A stretch of 62,188 bases of DNA, filler included, from Choristocarpus tenellus KU-1152 (lineage: Eukaryota; Protista; Phaeophyceae), in the NCBI GenBank assembly GCA_964200185.2. It is 12 parts of 12 records of this genome, joined end to end, with 100 filler letters (N's around TTAATTAATTAA, not from the genome) between each part and the next. Parts side by side here need not be neighbours in the genome. Positions count along the whole stretch, not along the records: positions 24,939 to 27,651 come from CAXNAD020025386.1; positions 27,752 to 31,463 come from CAXNAD020018360.1; positions 31,564 to 34,482 come from CAXNAD020023659.1; positions 34,583 to 38,140 come from CAXNAD020019278.1; positions 38,241 to 45,034 come from CAXNAD020007338.1; 7 more parts are not named here. One strand, written 5' to 3'. The notes beneath the pieces were generated by a model that was not told the origin of the DNA, searched no databases, and was given only the letters and a program-made list of their open reading frames with translations. This document shows positions 26,217 through 38,644 of this stretch, piece by piece. A program made the translations under genes and the position numbers. Position 1 is the first letter of the stretch. Each line of letters begins with the position of its first letter.

Positions 26217-27397
26217 AAGGACAGGGCAAGGAAAGGTATAGTATGTTTGATTTGACCACCTAGTACAGGATGGGATTGAGGGCGAGAGAGGAAACGTGTG
26301 GTAGACGAGAGTTTGAAGTCAAGTCTGTACTGCATATAAGTTGTCTGGTTGGGAAGAAATCTTGGGTGTAGGGAAAACATTGGAGAGGTTCTCTGTTGTG
26401 AAGTACTATGCATTCAAAATTGTGCATCATGTTGGTCGTGATGTTTTTTTGCTTGGGCCAGAAATATTGTGTGAGGAAATGCCCACATGTAGATTAAGTC
26501 CTCCCCCCTCTACTTGATGGCTCGCAGTAGGAATGTATCCTCTCATGATTCCTGTTTTGATGCTTAATCTGACTATATCTCTGATTTTTTTTGCTTTTCA
26601 GGTGTTGATTCTGCAGAATATCCACAAACCTGCAAGCAATGAAATCGACTGTGCTAGGGCTTTCGTGAGCCCACATTTTCTTCTCATTATCTGCCTACAT
26701 CAAAATTCCTCTAGGAAGTAGCCCCACTCTTACTACACCCCCCAGACACCAATCAGCATGCCCCGCTATAGAATGAAATATGAGAGATCACCCTGACAAA
26801 GGATGAAGTGCACTCATGTAATGCCTTTGTCCTATTCAACGCACCAAACATCCTTTGTCCCATTTGAAATGAATGGAACGCGGGAGTATAGGACTGGAAT
26901 CAAACAAAAGAAGCGTATTCCACATTTTCACGCATTTATCCTTCCGGTGTGCAACTCCAAAACTACTCTCAACACAGCATTGCATGGTAGTGGGCTTTTG
27001 TCTGTTGTGTGATTGCAAGGAGTGTGGTAGGAAAGATATGGAGAAGCCCTGCTCTTCGTTGGCAGTCGGTTCTTGTCACAATGACAGTAATTGTATAAGC
27101 TATGTTGTGTTCCCCCCACCTTCCACCCCCCGTCCACATGAACCATGTCAGAGGGCAATCGGAAGTGTGTGATGTTACATTGCCTTGATTCAGCGACATG
27201 ACGGTGATCTCTGTATGGAAGGCGTGTCTCATTTGGCCGCACAAATATCTGTAGTGGATAGGTGAGGTTGGTAGATTGACATACCCTACCTGAGGCGGGC
27301 GAGGTAGTGTGTCAAAACCAAAACGTTTGATACTTTATTCTTAAAAAGAATACAAGAGTAGCCCTGAGCATCAAATTCAAGCAAGCAAGACTAATGA

Positions 27398-27438
<41 letters not shown>

Positions 27439-28144
27439 TTGTATTGACAGACTCGAGGGAGGAAAGACAGATGTCTTCCGAATGATCCGAATGATCACAC
27501 GCCCTTCGTTTCATTCCATGTCCGAAAGACGCCTCCCAATGTGTGCGTCGATTCGGTTGGAGCCTTACTAATATATATTTAAATATATATATATATATAT
27601 GCATCAACCTCTATCTACCCCCCACCGCGCCCGTCCCTCCGCCCCCCCGCCNNNNNNNNNNNNNNNNNNNNNNNNNNNNNNNNNNNNNNNNNNNNTTAAT
27701 TAATTAANNNNNNNNNNNNNNNNNNNNNNNNNNNNNNNNNNNNNNNNNNNNACGGACGCCGACACCCCCCCCCCAGATACTTTGACCCTTTTTCTCATGT
27801 CACACTTCAAGTTCTCAGTTCTGGACCTACATTTGCTCACCCTTCTACTGGAGTATTCCGGAGTACACTATAAGTCTGACTGTAATAAATTTGCTGGGAA
27901 CCCATTATAGCTGATGCCTAGAGCACTATTAGCGGAGATATTTTGACTGCATATTGTCCAACAATTTCTATACTTTTGAAGGGCCATGGCATGTTTCACT
28001 TCAAAACCCAAGGGGCACGGAAATCCGTCGCCACCCTTCCAATGTGACTCTGTTCCAGGGCCCCATACATGCTCAACTCACATCCCAAGAAACCTTGCTC
28101 ATGGTGGCATTGTTATGTTGAGTTAACAAGCGATTCTCCCTTAC

Positions 28145-29163
28145 ATGTATCATGTCTGTATCCCACACAGTATAGGTAGAGGTCCGATTGAGTGTGTAGC
28201 CATTGTTTACAGCTGCAGCAGTCGCCATGTTGATGCATTGGCCGTTGCCACTACAGTTATTGGGGCAAAGCATGCGCTCGCAAGCCTGCCCTTCAAACCC
28301 GGAATGGCAAATACATTGTCCGAGTGCACTGTGTGTCCAAATATAGAGGGATGGAAACAAGCTTGGAGTTAATGACTGTTCTTTTTCCTATCAAGCTAAT
28401 TCATCATAGATTTTACAAAGCAGAACTTTTTTCAAGAGAGGGGCAACTCAGCTTAAGTGTTTTTCCACTCATTCTTGTTCGGGCAATACTGTTTGGGTCC
28501 AACTATCGTTTGCATGTTCAATGGTAAAATCCATCGAAGATCTAAAAAAGCTGCACCTAAAAAAGTTGCACAGATGAGGTAAGATATAAAATGTGTTGCG
28601 TCGGCAGGATATCGGGAGTTTGCTGGGTACATTGGGTGTACGAACGCGTCGTGAATCAAGATGTTTGTGGATCACACGATGTTACATCTTCACGACAACT
28701 AAATATATGGTGGAGTTATATCCCACAGGCTATGTCGACACAAATTGTATGCACAAGCGTCACCAGGAGAGTAGACTGTGGGCAAGAGAATGTTATATTG
28801 AACCCTTCCTTGAAAATCTATATCAACGAGATAACTAAGATAGCAAAGCACCATATATATATGGACACTATATTCGTATCTATATTGAAGCTAAGGTGTG
28901 GGAATGGTTCACCTGTCACATTGCCCCATGTTGGAGCAAACAGCGTGACCATGAGCTGTGTCTTTTCCCGAGGCGACGTCTGCCCAAGCAATTCCAGACG
29001 GGCAAGTTCTTTTCGAGCAATCCCACCCCGCAAATCCATTCCAACAGTCACAATTTCCGTATTTGTCGCACGACCCGTGCCCAGAGCATTGGTTATGACA
29101 GCTCCCCTCAACCCACACTGTAATTGCGGCAAAGAAAAGCCACAAGCTGATCAATAACCTCAT
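28145..29163 (-). CDS. Secreted EGF/tenascin-repeat protein of the stramenopile tubular-mastigoneme (Mas/Sig/Ocm1-like) family, 5' part; exons 29163-28913, 28328-28145
   Basis: Signal peptide MRLLISLWLFFAAITVWVEG, then CHNQCSGHGSC..CDCWNGFAGWDCSKRTCPSGIAWAD..AH..AVCSNMGQCD..GQCICHSGFEGQACERMLCPNNCSGNGQC..YTVWDTDMI. Confidence 0.85.
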
Positions 29164-29804
29164 TGGTGCAGCCGTGAATCTGTTATCCACGGCTGCAATA
29201 CACAGATATTATGCATGAGATTCGATGCTAGGATCTCTTTTTGAAATATGGTACAGCAACAGTGGTCCTGGAGAAAAAAGATCAAACAAAATCCAAAATC
29301 CAGCATCTCCCAGACTCAACGTCGCAGGCGTGTTTGGCGGTTATGTATGTAACCACTAAACCACCAACGGCCAACCAGTTTAAAAGAGAGCTTCGAAATA
29401 CGCCGCATATTGTAGTGTTCCACTGGGAGTCACCAAGATAGGGGATCCAGGGGACTTGAAATTGGAAATACTCCACGACAAGGGTGATAACAGCCCTGAT
29501 CAAGTAAGTTAAGCAAGAGACAACATGTACGGTACTGCCCCTTACCATACTTTAAATGGACTTCCTAGTTACTAATGTTTGGACTCGTCCAAACCAAAGT
29601 GAGTTTGAGGTATTTGTCTTCAATTTATTGGAGACCATTTGATGGCATCACAGCATGTTAATCGCGTTGTCCAGAGTATACTAACTTGTACTGCGGACAG
29701 ATCTATTTTGTTCAGCACAAAAAATGGTATTGAGACATGTTTAGGGATTTAGAGGTCTTCACGGGAAAAAAATAAGAAGTACAGAGTACATTTTGGTTGT
29801 TCTG

Positions 29805-30118
29805 AAGTTGCTTCTATGCTACTTACACCGTACTCCATGCAAAATAAAACTCTCACCACAAAACGGGCACCATCTGGACATCATATCCAGGAAGATCAGT
29901 CGATTACAATTGTTCCACTGTTTCCTTAAGCACAACCTGGCGATCTAGAGCTCTTAATAGACAAAAATTCAGATGTGCGGGGCATATTTTGATTGTTCGG
30001 AGGTTGCTTCTATGCTACTCCCGTAAGACTCCATGCAAAATAACCCTCACCACAAAACGCAATAAGCACCATTTGGACATCGTGTTTTGGAATATTAGTC
30101 AGTTACTATGGTTCCACC
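29805..30118. repeat. Degenerate ~115-bp direct duplication (about 29805-29918 and 30001-30118) in a divergent intergenic region
   Basis: Shared GTTGCTTCTATGCTACT...ACTCCATGCAAAATAA...CTCACCACAAAACG...GCACCAT.TGGACATC...GTTCCAC. Confidence 0.8.
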
Positions 30119-30403
30119 TCATTCTATCTCTACTCACTAGGTGACCTCTCCTCGTATATACATTTCTTGCGCCCAGAACTGATAGTACAGTTCTCTTTGC
30201 CAGTATGACTACTAGCTACCAGCCCCACCTTCAATATTGTTACTGATTATACTCTTCCATCTCTCCTCCCTGAACGTACGACTTACGGTCGAGTGGATTA
30301 GGGCACGAAATGTTGCGATAATATATCTTGGGAGGTTGAGCAATCAACCTTCCTTTGAGCCCTGCTGTGGTCCATGTCCACCGTGACCCTGAGCGTTTTT
30401 GGG

Positions 30404-31011
30404 ATGGGTTCTGAGCTCGACATTGTGACGTCATCACTTGCCCTTGTTGGGGTTGTGGGCTTCACAGTGGTGTTTGAGCTTGGTACACATCGCCTAGAGG
30501 CCAAGCTCGCTGGGACTCCCTACATGGGCATGCTAGCCAAGATTTACAAGGGTGGGCAAGATGGGGGGTGCTATTTCGTGTGTAAGTTGCTTAGTGTACG
30601 GTATGCAAAGTCTAAATTTAGGGGAGAGATGTGCAGTGAGGTGATGAGGAACATTTATCTACCTGCCACGGGTTATCATAAGATTTCATGGGTACATTTT
30701 GCGATGTCTTCACCTCTCTCCCTACTTTCTTTCAAAAATATGATTGGCTGGTTTCAGAAATCTTGGGCTTCTGACAATGTGATATAGCCTTGCATGGTAC
30801 AACCCCCTCCCTACCTTTGTTGAATTTTGACCCCTACCTTATGAACCCTTGTGTCAAAAACCATGCTACAGAAATGATGATCATGGGGTTCATCAGTCTT
30901 GGGGTCTTCCTTGTTCTTCAGCTGAGCAGTGTGGGGTCATCCGCAGCCTTTCACGCGTTTGAGTTCGCCCATATCATTATCTTCTTTGCAGCTGTCATCT
31001 TTGTGATGCAG
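30404..31011 (+). CDS. MLO-like membrane protein, 5' part; exons 30404-30551, 30872-31011 (GC donor follows)
   Basis: TM1 ..TVVFELGTHRLE, then MLAKIYKEMMIMGFISLGVFL (MLO K.ELM.LGFISL motif) and FEFAHIIIFFAAVIFV (MLO HIFIF motif). Confidence 0.8.
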
Positions 31012-31640
31012 GCAAGGACAGGGAGAGACAAGAAGTGGAACAGATGTAGGGAGTGAGAGGATCCTATATAAGGAGAATAGATTATTGATGAGGAAACCAG
31101 GGGTAGTTGTAAGGTGGTAATGATCCCCCAAATCCTACCAAATCCTTTCAACTGAACTTCAGTATCTATGGTACGTAGTACATGTTGAGTAGGAGAGACA
31201 GCAATGTAATGGTAGGGAAGAGCATATTCTCGTTAGAGGCAGACAATAAAGATCAACTGTGTGTGTCTTAGCTAAACCAATCTATTTTTTCAAAATATCG
31301 CTGCGGGAGTCAATAGCAATGATGAGGGAACAAAGTATACACAAAGGAGGGCTCTACCGCCCAAACCATACCAACCACATCCTCATCTCCTCCTTATCTT
31401 TCCCCCAACGCGCCCCAACGCCACGTCCGCCCCCCCCCCCCCATCCTCTGTTCCCCCCCCACCNNNNNNNNNNNNNNNNNNNNNNNNNNNNNNNNNNNNN
31501 NNNNNNNTTAATTAATTAANNNNNNNNNNNNNNNNNNNNNNNNNNNNNNNNNNNNNNNNNNNNAAAGAGTAAATGACTGCAATCCTCCGTTACAGGCAAC
31601 CCTCCCCCCCCCCCCTTCTCAACCGCCCGAGTCTTCACAC

Positions 31641-33892
31641 CTTTGCATGGAAACACATTGCTGTTGTTGGAGGAGGAAGGTCCCCGATAAGTACAGCGGC
31701 CACATGCGTGCCAGCTTCCAGCTCGCCTGATGATGCTGGAAGGCAGAGGAGCGCATTGGCTGACTTCATGGACAGAAGCCTTGTTGTGGTGCGTTGGGAA
31801 GGGGAGGAGGTGGGTGAGGGGAAGATGTGAAAGGCAAGGGTGTGTGTAAACAGAACAGGTCTCGACGAGGAGATGCTTGCGCTGAAGGTTCAGGCGTTGC
31901 TCTGTTTGTTGGTCAATGTTAAGAGCAGTATACTCAAGGATGAGAGAGCAGAGCTAAGTCAATCTCCGATAGTACGGTGATGTACTGGGGTCCTTGTGGT
32001 TGCATGCTTTGAAGCACAGAAAACCCTCTTGTCGTGTAAGACACACCATACTGCACACACACTCTCTGAAGACACAACTTAGTGGTGTTATTATCTATGG
32101 ATTCATGCCTTCCAGGGGGCTTGTGAGGTAACTGCAATGTAGTGTCTTTTTTTCCACACCATAAGGGCATTACTTCTCTCAGTATAGCATGAAATACACC
32201 TGAAAAATAGACTGGGGATGCTCATAAGGTGAAGGCTAACCACGCACCTTCAAAGCGCAGGTATTCTTACTTTATATTGCAGTTCAGCTGCCTCATAACC
32301 AACAGAAACATAGGACTTCGCGACCACCATCACCATGGAAGGCGATCCAATCTACTTGTACTTTACGCCTCGCAGTAGCAGAGCACTATGTGGGATGAAT
32401 ATGCCATACCAAGGATATATAAAAGGTTATCTACAGTGCCGCACTTCTTACTACACACAACACAGTGACAGGAACAATAACAGGACTTACCCCAGCCCCC
32501 CCCAACAACCTTCTCAAACATGAAGCACAAAAAATATATATTCACATATGCACACAAGCCACTGTGCTTATGCAAACACCAGTCCACTCCTTTCCTCACT
32601 CCCAACACAGACTTATCAACACTGACCCACCAATAGAGTCAGTGTTAGGATCAGGACTTAACACCTCAATACAGTCAGCACAACAGCACTCACATTCACC
32701 CCACATGCCTGCCTGTACCTGCTACTCATCTGACTTCCTGTGCTCCCCGCCACAAACGTCCCAGCAATCCCATCCCAGGAGACCAGAGCCCGGTGGTACT
32801 CAGGCCGTTCCGGGTCCAGCTTCAGTGAAGATGACAGACGTGCCTCTACCTGAAAAGGGGATGTGGGGTGAAGATGGTGCGATACAGGGTGAGGTTATTG
32901 ATGATTGTGGAGGGGGTGGGGATTCAACCTCATTTGGTGCTATGGGGTGTAGGTGTTTGTAGCACAATGCGGATAGTTTCTTGAAGGGTTAGGGAAGAGG
33001 GAAAAGCGATGATATCTGATGGACAAATCATGTAGAGATGGTGATAACTGCTACACTGCAAAATCCGCATCTTTCGAGGTTAAGGTTAAGGTTATGGTTA
33101 GCTAAAAGTAGGTCTCCCAGAATAAAGGTGGCACAACATCAAGCAGCAAAAGCCCTCCTTTACAGTCAGTGACACTCCCAGCTGATTTTCAGACTAAAAC
33201 AAAACATCTTACAGGGGCAAACAGTAGGGGTCAAGAGTGCTAGAGATAAAAAATATAGACTAAAAAATGTAGACTAAAAAATGCAGACTGGGGCATGGTA
33301 CCTGTACAAACACCTGTGGGTACCTTTGAAAAGAGAGCACCAAAAATCATCTCCGAGATTGGACCCTAACCTTACGCTCTCCAATTAGGCTCAAATTCAA
33401 GATGTTGCTGACATCATCAGGTACACCACTTCATTACCACGCAAGAGGTGTAATGCCTCATCTTTTCACCCCCCTACCCTTACACCCTTGGGGCAGACAC
33501 ACTGCAGGCGCTTGGAAGGTGGTTGACACAAAACAAGCTGGTTTTGCTAAGACCTTAATCACACTCTAATAACCTTGTAACACAGCAATAATGACCTATT
33601 AATAGCATGCCCATGTATACATAGGCTATCCCAGGGCAATACATTGCATAATCCCACTGCACCAAGAACAGCTCCCCTCCAATTCCCAACATCAACCTGC
33701 TGCACTCCAGTTTTCAAACGGTAAATTTACTTCATGCAAGGGATAGAGGACCCAAATCTTCCACCTTCACATTCGCAGGGTGTGGGGAGGGGAACTGCTT
33801 TGTGGAGAGCTTGCCTGGGTGTGCATACAAGCAGCGATATCATTCCCTCGTATTCTTTTCAAGGCTGGAGCCAAAAAGAGATTGGCACAGAC
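31641..33892 (-). CDS. CNX1: Molybdenum cofactor insertase Cnx1/gephyrin, end of the MoeA (E) domain; exons 33892-33815, 32849-32719, 31779-31641
   Basis: VCANLFLAPALKRIRG..LKLDPERPEYHRALVSW..STGSQMSSRLLSMKSANALLCLP..ELEAGTHVAAVLIGDL matches gephyrin/Cnx1 (LDPRPEYHR, STGNQMSSRL.SM.SAN.LL.LP). Confidence 0.93.
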
Positions 33893-34649
33893 CTGCAACA
33901 CCCCAATCACACACACACACACACACACAGAAGGGATGGAGGGAATCAGTTGGGGAAAGTGTGTGATGCTTCCCACCATACATACAGGCACAAACCTTTC
34001 TCGGCAGTTACTGTACTCAAGAGTTTGTACTCCGAAAAGACATCAACAACCTGGTCAAAATGTTGATTCTGCCACGTCCCCTATAATACAACCGTTGAAT
34101 CCAAATCCCTGGATAGCTCTTCAACAACCCCCATCCCGAAGGAACAAAAGTTGATGCCAATTCTAGGAAGAGGACGAATGGGACTCAAGTATCAATGTTG
34201 TGCCCACCTGAGTAACCACCACAACAAAAGTCAACTAACCTTGACCGCACGCACATTTATATAATCATTTTTTTTTTTAATATAATTTTTTTTTTTTAAC
34301 TCATACACACTAGGTAGGGTGCATCCCAGTGGTCCACCTGCGAAGAGAAATGCTCATTGAAAAAAAAAGAAGAGCAAACCAGCATATTTTAATTCGATCA
34401 AGTCATTGCCAAAAAAAAGATGCAGCACCCCTTCCCCCCCCCCCCCCCCACCTCACCCGACCACAACTCCACAATCAACTCCNNNNNNNNNNNNNNNNNN
34501 NNNNNNNNNNNNNNNNNNNNNNNNNNTTAATTAATTAANNNNNNNNNNNNNNNNNNNNNNNNNNNNNNNNNNNNNNNNNNNNCTTCTAAATTATAGGAAA
34601 AGGTGGATGATGGGAATAAAAGAGTGTCTCGTCAACCAGGTGATTTACT

Positions 34650-34827
34650 GACCTAAAGTATCTGGAGGGGGGAGGGGGGTCTACACCAGAAGGTCCATTT
34701 GGACTAAAATCAGGAAAAGTGCATTTACATTATGCATCCAACGTATGCAACCAAATCACCTAAAAATCGCGACATGAAAAAATTGACCCCAAACGGACAG
34801 TCGCCAACCCTCTCAGATACTTTGAGC
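34650..34827. mobile_element. ~180-bp MITE (family B), AAAGTATCT...AGATACTTT subterminal IR, TSD TACT/TACT
   Basis: Inverted homolog at 51710-51893; terminal fragments at 27752-27788 and 45135-45197. Confidence 0.75.
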
Positions 34828-36435
34828 TACTTCTTGAAATTGATAAACAATACATTAACTGACCCCAAGCAGTGGCTATCAATCGAAAGAAGTACCCTTG
34901 TTCAGCTAACCAGACGTGCGTTGGACTCCCTTGACTGTTGGAGTATCCTAGGAGGCTCGTATGAACATTTGCATCGTTTATAGGTCAGTAGATTGGAGCT
35001 ATATACCCTGTGGAAGTAAGCTTCTGGAGCGTGTTGTAACAAGTGTGTGTGAGTTACTGTGAAGGTTGTAGCAGCATTATCACTTATGAAAAGCAATACC
35101 ATAAGAGACGGGGTCTACACCAGTTACCTACCACTCTCCAACATCTGGGAGACAATGAAGAGGTTGATCATGAATCCTTCGATAAGGATAGCATGGATCT
35201 TGGATTGCTCTGTGTAGTCACTCTTTGGGGGCGCAAGGAAGTCACGAAGAGGTTTGAAATCAGGGGGTAGTATAAGGGAGAGAACCAAACGGAGATGAAA
35301 AGTAGGCTCTGATACCTAGTTGCTTCATTTTCGTCGTAGGAGGTACAAGGATGCACCATACATACTCCGGAGTAGAAACGTAGGGAGCGCAAGAACGCGT
35401 GGGACTACAAATAGGAATAAATATATTGTGTTTGTATGTAGGGTTCGTCGCAATGACCGTCTTGTCGCCTGTATTATACCCTTGTAACTTGGTACCAAAG
35501 GAAAAGAATATTCAGGTGACTGTGCTTGCCCCAGGTTCGATTTCCACCCCTGATGCTACTTTGTTCTGCACAGTAACAGTGTGGTATTATTGGTGCACTT
35601 CACTCACCTGATGGTTATCTTATGCTCTTTGGTGCTGGTTAAATGGGGAAGGGTGCACTTCCTCCGGTCTCTATAGACACTTCTGTGAAGACAGTCAGTC
35701 TACCGCTGCAAGGGCTCTCTTCTCAGCGGGCTTGCAGTGTATGGCTTGAATAATTTGATTAGTTTATGGTGCGTGTTACCTTATAGTTAGGACCCTGGGT
35801 CATACAAGAAATACCTATACGCTTATGAACCACCTGCTGTACCGCCATCATCAATTTTAACCTTTTATGTGTGACATGACCCCATCTAGCACCACCCTAA
35901 AAAGTAAAAAGTAGTACATTCTCATCAAAACTTACCATGATTTTAGTTATTCCCTTGGACTAGGGATGAGTGCAGTATGCAGCTTCACTGGGCAAGAAGA
36001 GTAGGAGTACTCGCTTCAATAATAGTACAAAAATATGCAACAACGACGACAACAATAATCGTAATTAAGCTGGTAGTAAAATAGCAAATAGATAAGTGTT
36101 TTTCACATTTATGACAACTGTTACGTTTTTAGGGATTTTTTTAACATGTGAATAGTTTTCATTGGTTTTTCCCCTGCCACATCTAGAAAAAGTCAGAGGG
36201 CAATAATAAAATAATAATAATAACAATAAATAACAATAGCAGTAATAATAGCAAATGGTAGTACAATAATGATGTAGGAGTTGGTTAGAGCCGGTGCAAC
36301 ATGCGGTCAAAAGCACACATTGATGACACTCGAAAAACGAAGAATTATAATTGCTACATACCTCACGAAATTACACACAAAAAACCCAAGACGACAAGAT
36401 CCACAAAACCGAGAGCCAGTTAGAGCCACCGCAAC

Positions 36436-36800
36436 CTGCAAACAGCCGATTTCAAAAATTGAGGATGGAGCATTTCATTGAGGATGGGCTTGACCCAAAA
36501 TTGACTGGGGTAAAGTGTCGATATATATTTTTTTGTACTGGTTGAATTATATGAGTGTGATGATACTGATAAATGCCTAAAGCCGGTTAAGAAAAAAATT
36601 GTTTTATCAGCAGAGGATACCATGTATGGCAACATTGAGCGTATCTTAAAAGGTTTAGTTCCCAAAATTGCCAAGAATCGCAAACAGCAAACAGGAAGTA
36701 CAAAAAAATATATATCGACACTTTACCCCAGTCAATTTTGTGTCAAGCCCATCCTCAATGAAAAGCTCCATCCTCAATTTTTGAAATCGGCTGTTTGCAG
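36436..36800. repeat. Long inverted repeat / foldback: 104-bp arms (36436-36539, 36697-36800) around a 157-bp spacer
   Basis: Arms are near-perfect reverse complements; the mirrored ORF-track peptides (KLRME.FIEDGLD.KLTGVKCRYIFFCT) confirm it. Confidence 0.92.
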
Positions 36801-38644
36801 CTAACCAACCACTAAGTGGACAACACAGGTGGCGTGAGCACTCACACGAGAAGCAAAGTGCTACCTGGTAATGTACAGGCAGACGGAAAGACAGAAAGAC
36901 CGACACTGCATTATTTCTTCACACTGCGTAACACCCAACACGTATATACAGGGTCAGTACCCCCCTGCTAGGAACCACTTCACAGAATGATATCATGAGA
37001 CTACTGTCAGTGCTCCCAACATCTGATCACTTCAGAGAATTTATTAACATTACTATTATTATTATAATTATTATTTCTATTATTATTATTATTATTAGCA
37101 CTATTATGGACGCAGGAATTATACACCACAGCACAGGTGCAATACAAAGACGCTGCTCATGACACAGAGTGCATCCAGCAGCCCACAAAAAAATGTGCTA
37201 CACACACCCACCCACAAGTGGTACATACACATCAGAACATACATAAACTGATCTATGCCAGTAATTCCGACCTGCCTAGCTTGTGTACCCTCTGCCTAGT
37301 CACCATACAAAGGCAAGCTTCACCACGTGCCATCCACCACCATGAATCAAAGACAAAGCGAGTGGGCCTCATATAGGAGAGATGCAACGTATTTAGCCAT
37401 ACAGGTATGCCCATTGTAACTTTCCTACCCTATCATGCAGTTTTTTGTTGTAGAAGAAGAAGGCAAAATGTAAATAAAGTACCCAATAAAAACATCCCAT
37501 TTGCATCACAGTACGATCGATAGAATTCCAGGCATTGCAAGCAGCAGACCCCACCTCAACTAACACAGTGGAATATCAACACAAAGATGTGAATGTCAAA
37601 CCACCTAGTACCAAAGAGTCCTGACCTGACCCGACCCAATCCAATCCATGTTGTGAACAATCAAGAACGGCTGGCTCTCAGGTCAGCAACCCTGACACCA
37701 CTAGATAAGTCACAAAATCAACAGGGTCCAAGCAAGACGATCCTTTCCCCATGTATCAGCAATTCTACACCCCATCATCATAGGCCTTCCAGAAGCCACT
37801 ACAGCAGTCAAAATCCTCACATTAACACATTAAAATATAGCCAGGCGCCATTCGCTCACACCTCTGCAACGGCAGCCAGAAAACGAAAAAAAAAGAAAAG
37901 AAGGAAAGACACCAACAGCGCAATATAAACGCCTCTTTCAACCAGCAGAATGAGTTCACCCTAACCCTAACCCTACCCCTACCCCCCCCCACACTTACAC
38001 CATCGATCAATCTCACCATCTTTACCCCAATGCACCCAACTGAGTAAGAATTCTCCACTTGGCTATAAGAACACAACGAGCATGCGACACCCCCCCCGCG
38101 CCACCCCCCGGGCCCCACCGGCGCCCGCCCCCCCCCAAAANNNNNNNNNNNNNNNNNNNNNNNNNNNNNNNNNNNNNNNNNNNNTTAATTAATTAANNNN
38201 NNNNNNNNNNNNNNNNNNNNNNNNNNNNNNNNNNNNNNNNCCACCGCCCTCTAATCCTCTTGCAGGAAAAAACTTAAAACAATTTAAAAAAAAAAAAAAA
38301 AAAAACTCAAAAAAAAAAATGGCAACACTTTCTTTCGTCTCACTGTTGAAAAAAATAAAATAAATGTATATATAAATATGTAGAACTACACCAGATTTAT
38401 TTATTTTTTTCTTCCTACAGTTGGTGAAAATATGTAAGAGGAATTGATCTATGCGTGAAGGTACACTGTGCCACTATTTAATGCCTGCCTACATTTAGAA
38501 AATCCACACAGTGCACGGGCAAACCGTTGGAAATCCCAACTTGGAACATACAGGGGTTTCTCAACAACCTCAAACAACCTCTGCTGGTATTCATATTCAT
38601 ATTCATAGGGCCTGGACATGCAGAGGCCACTAGGGGGGCTGACC

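Noticed and set aside
25559-26413. 284-aa minus-strand ORF, the longest in the track
   Set aside because: S/L/P-rich antisense shadow of the purine-rich plus-strand exon, which has the splice support.
34732-35611. Short ORFs after the family B MITE
   Set aside because: No coherent splice structure or motif; the first ORF begins inside the MITE.
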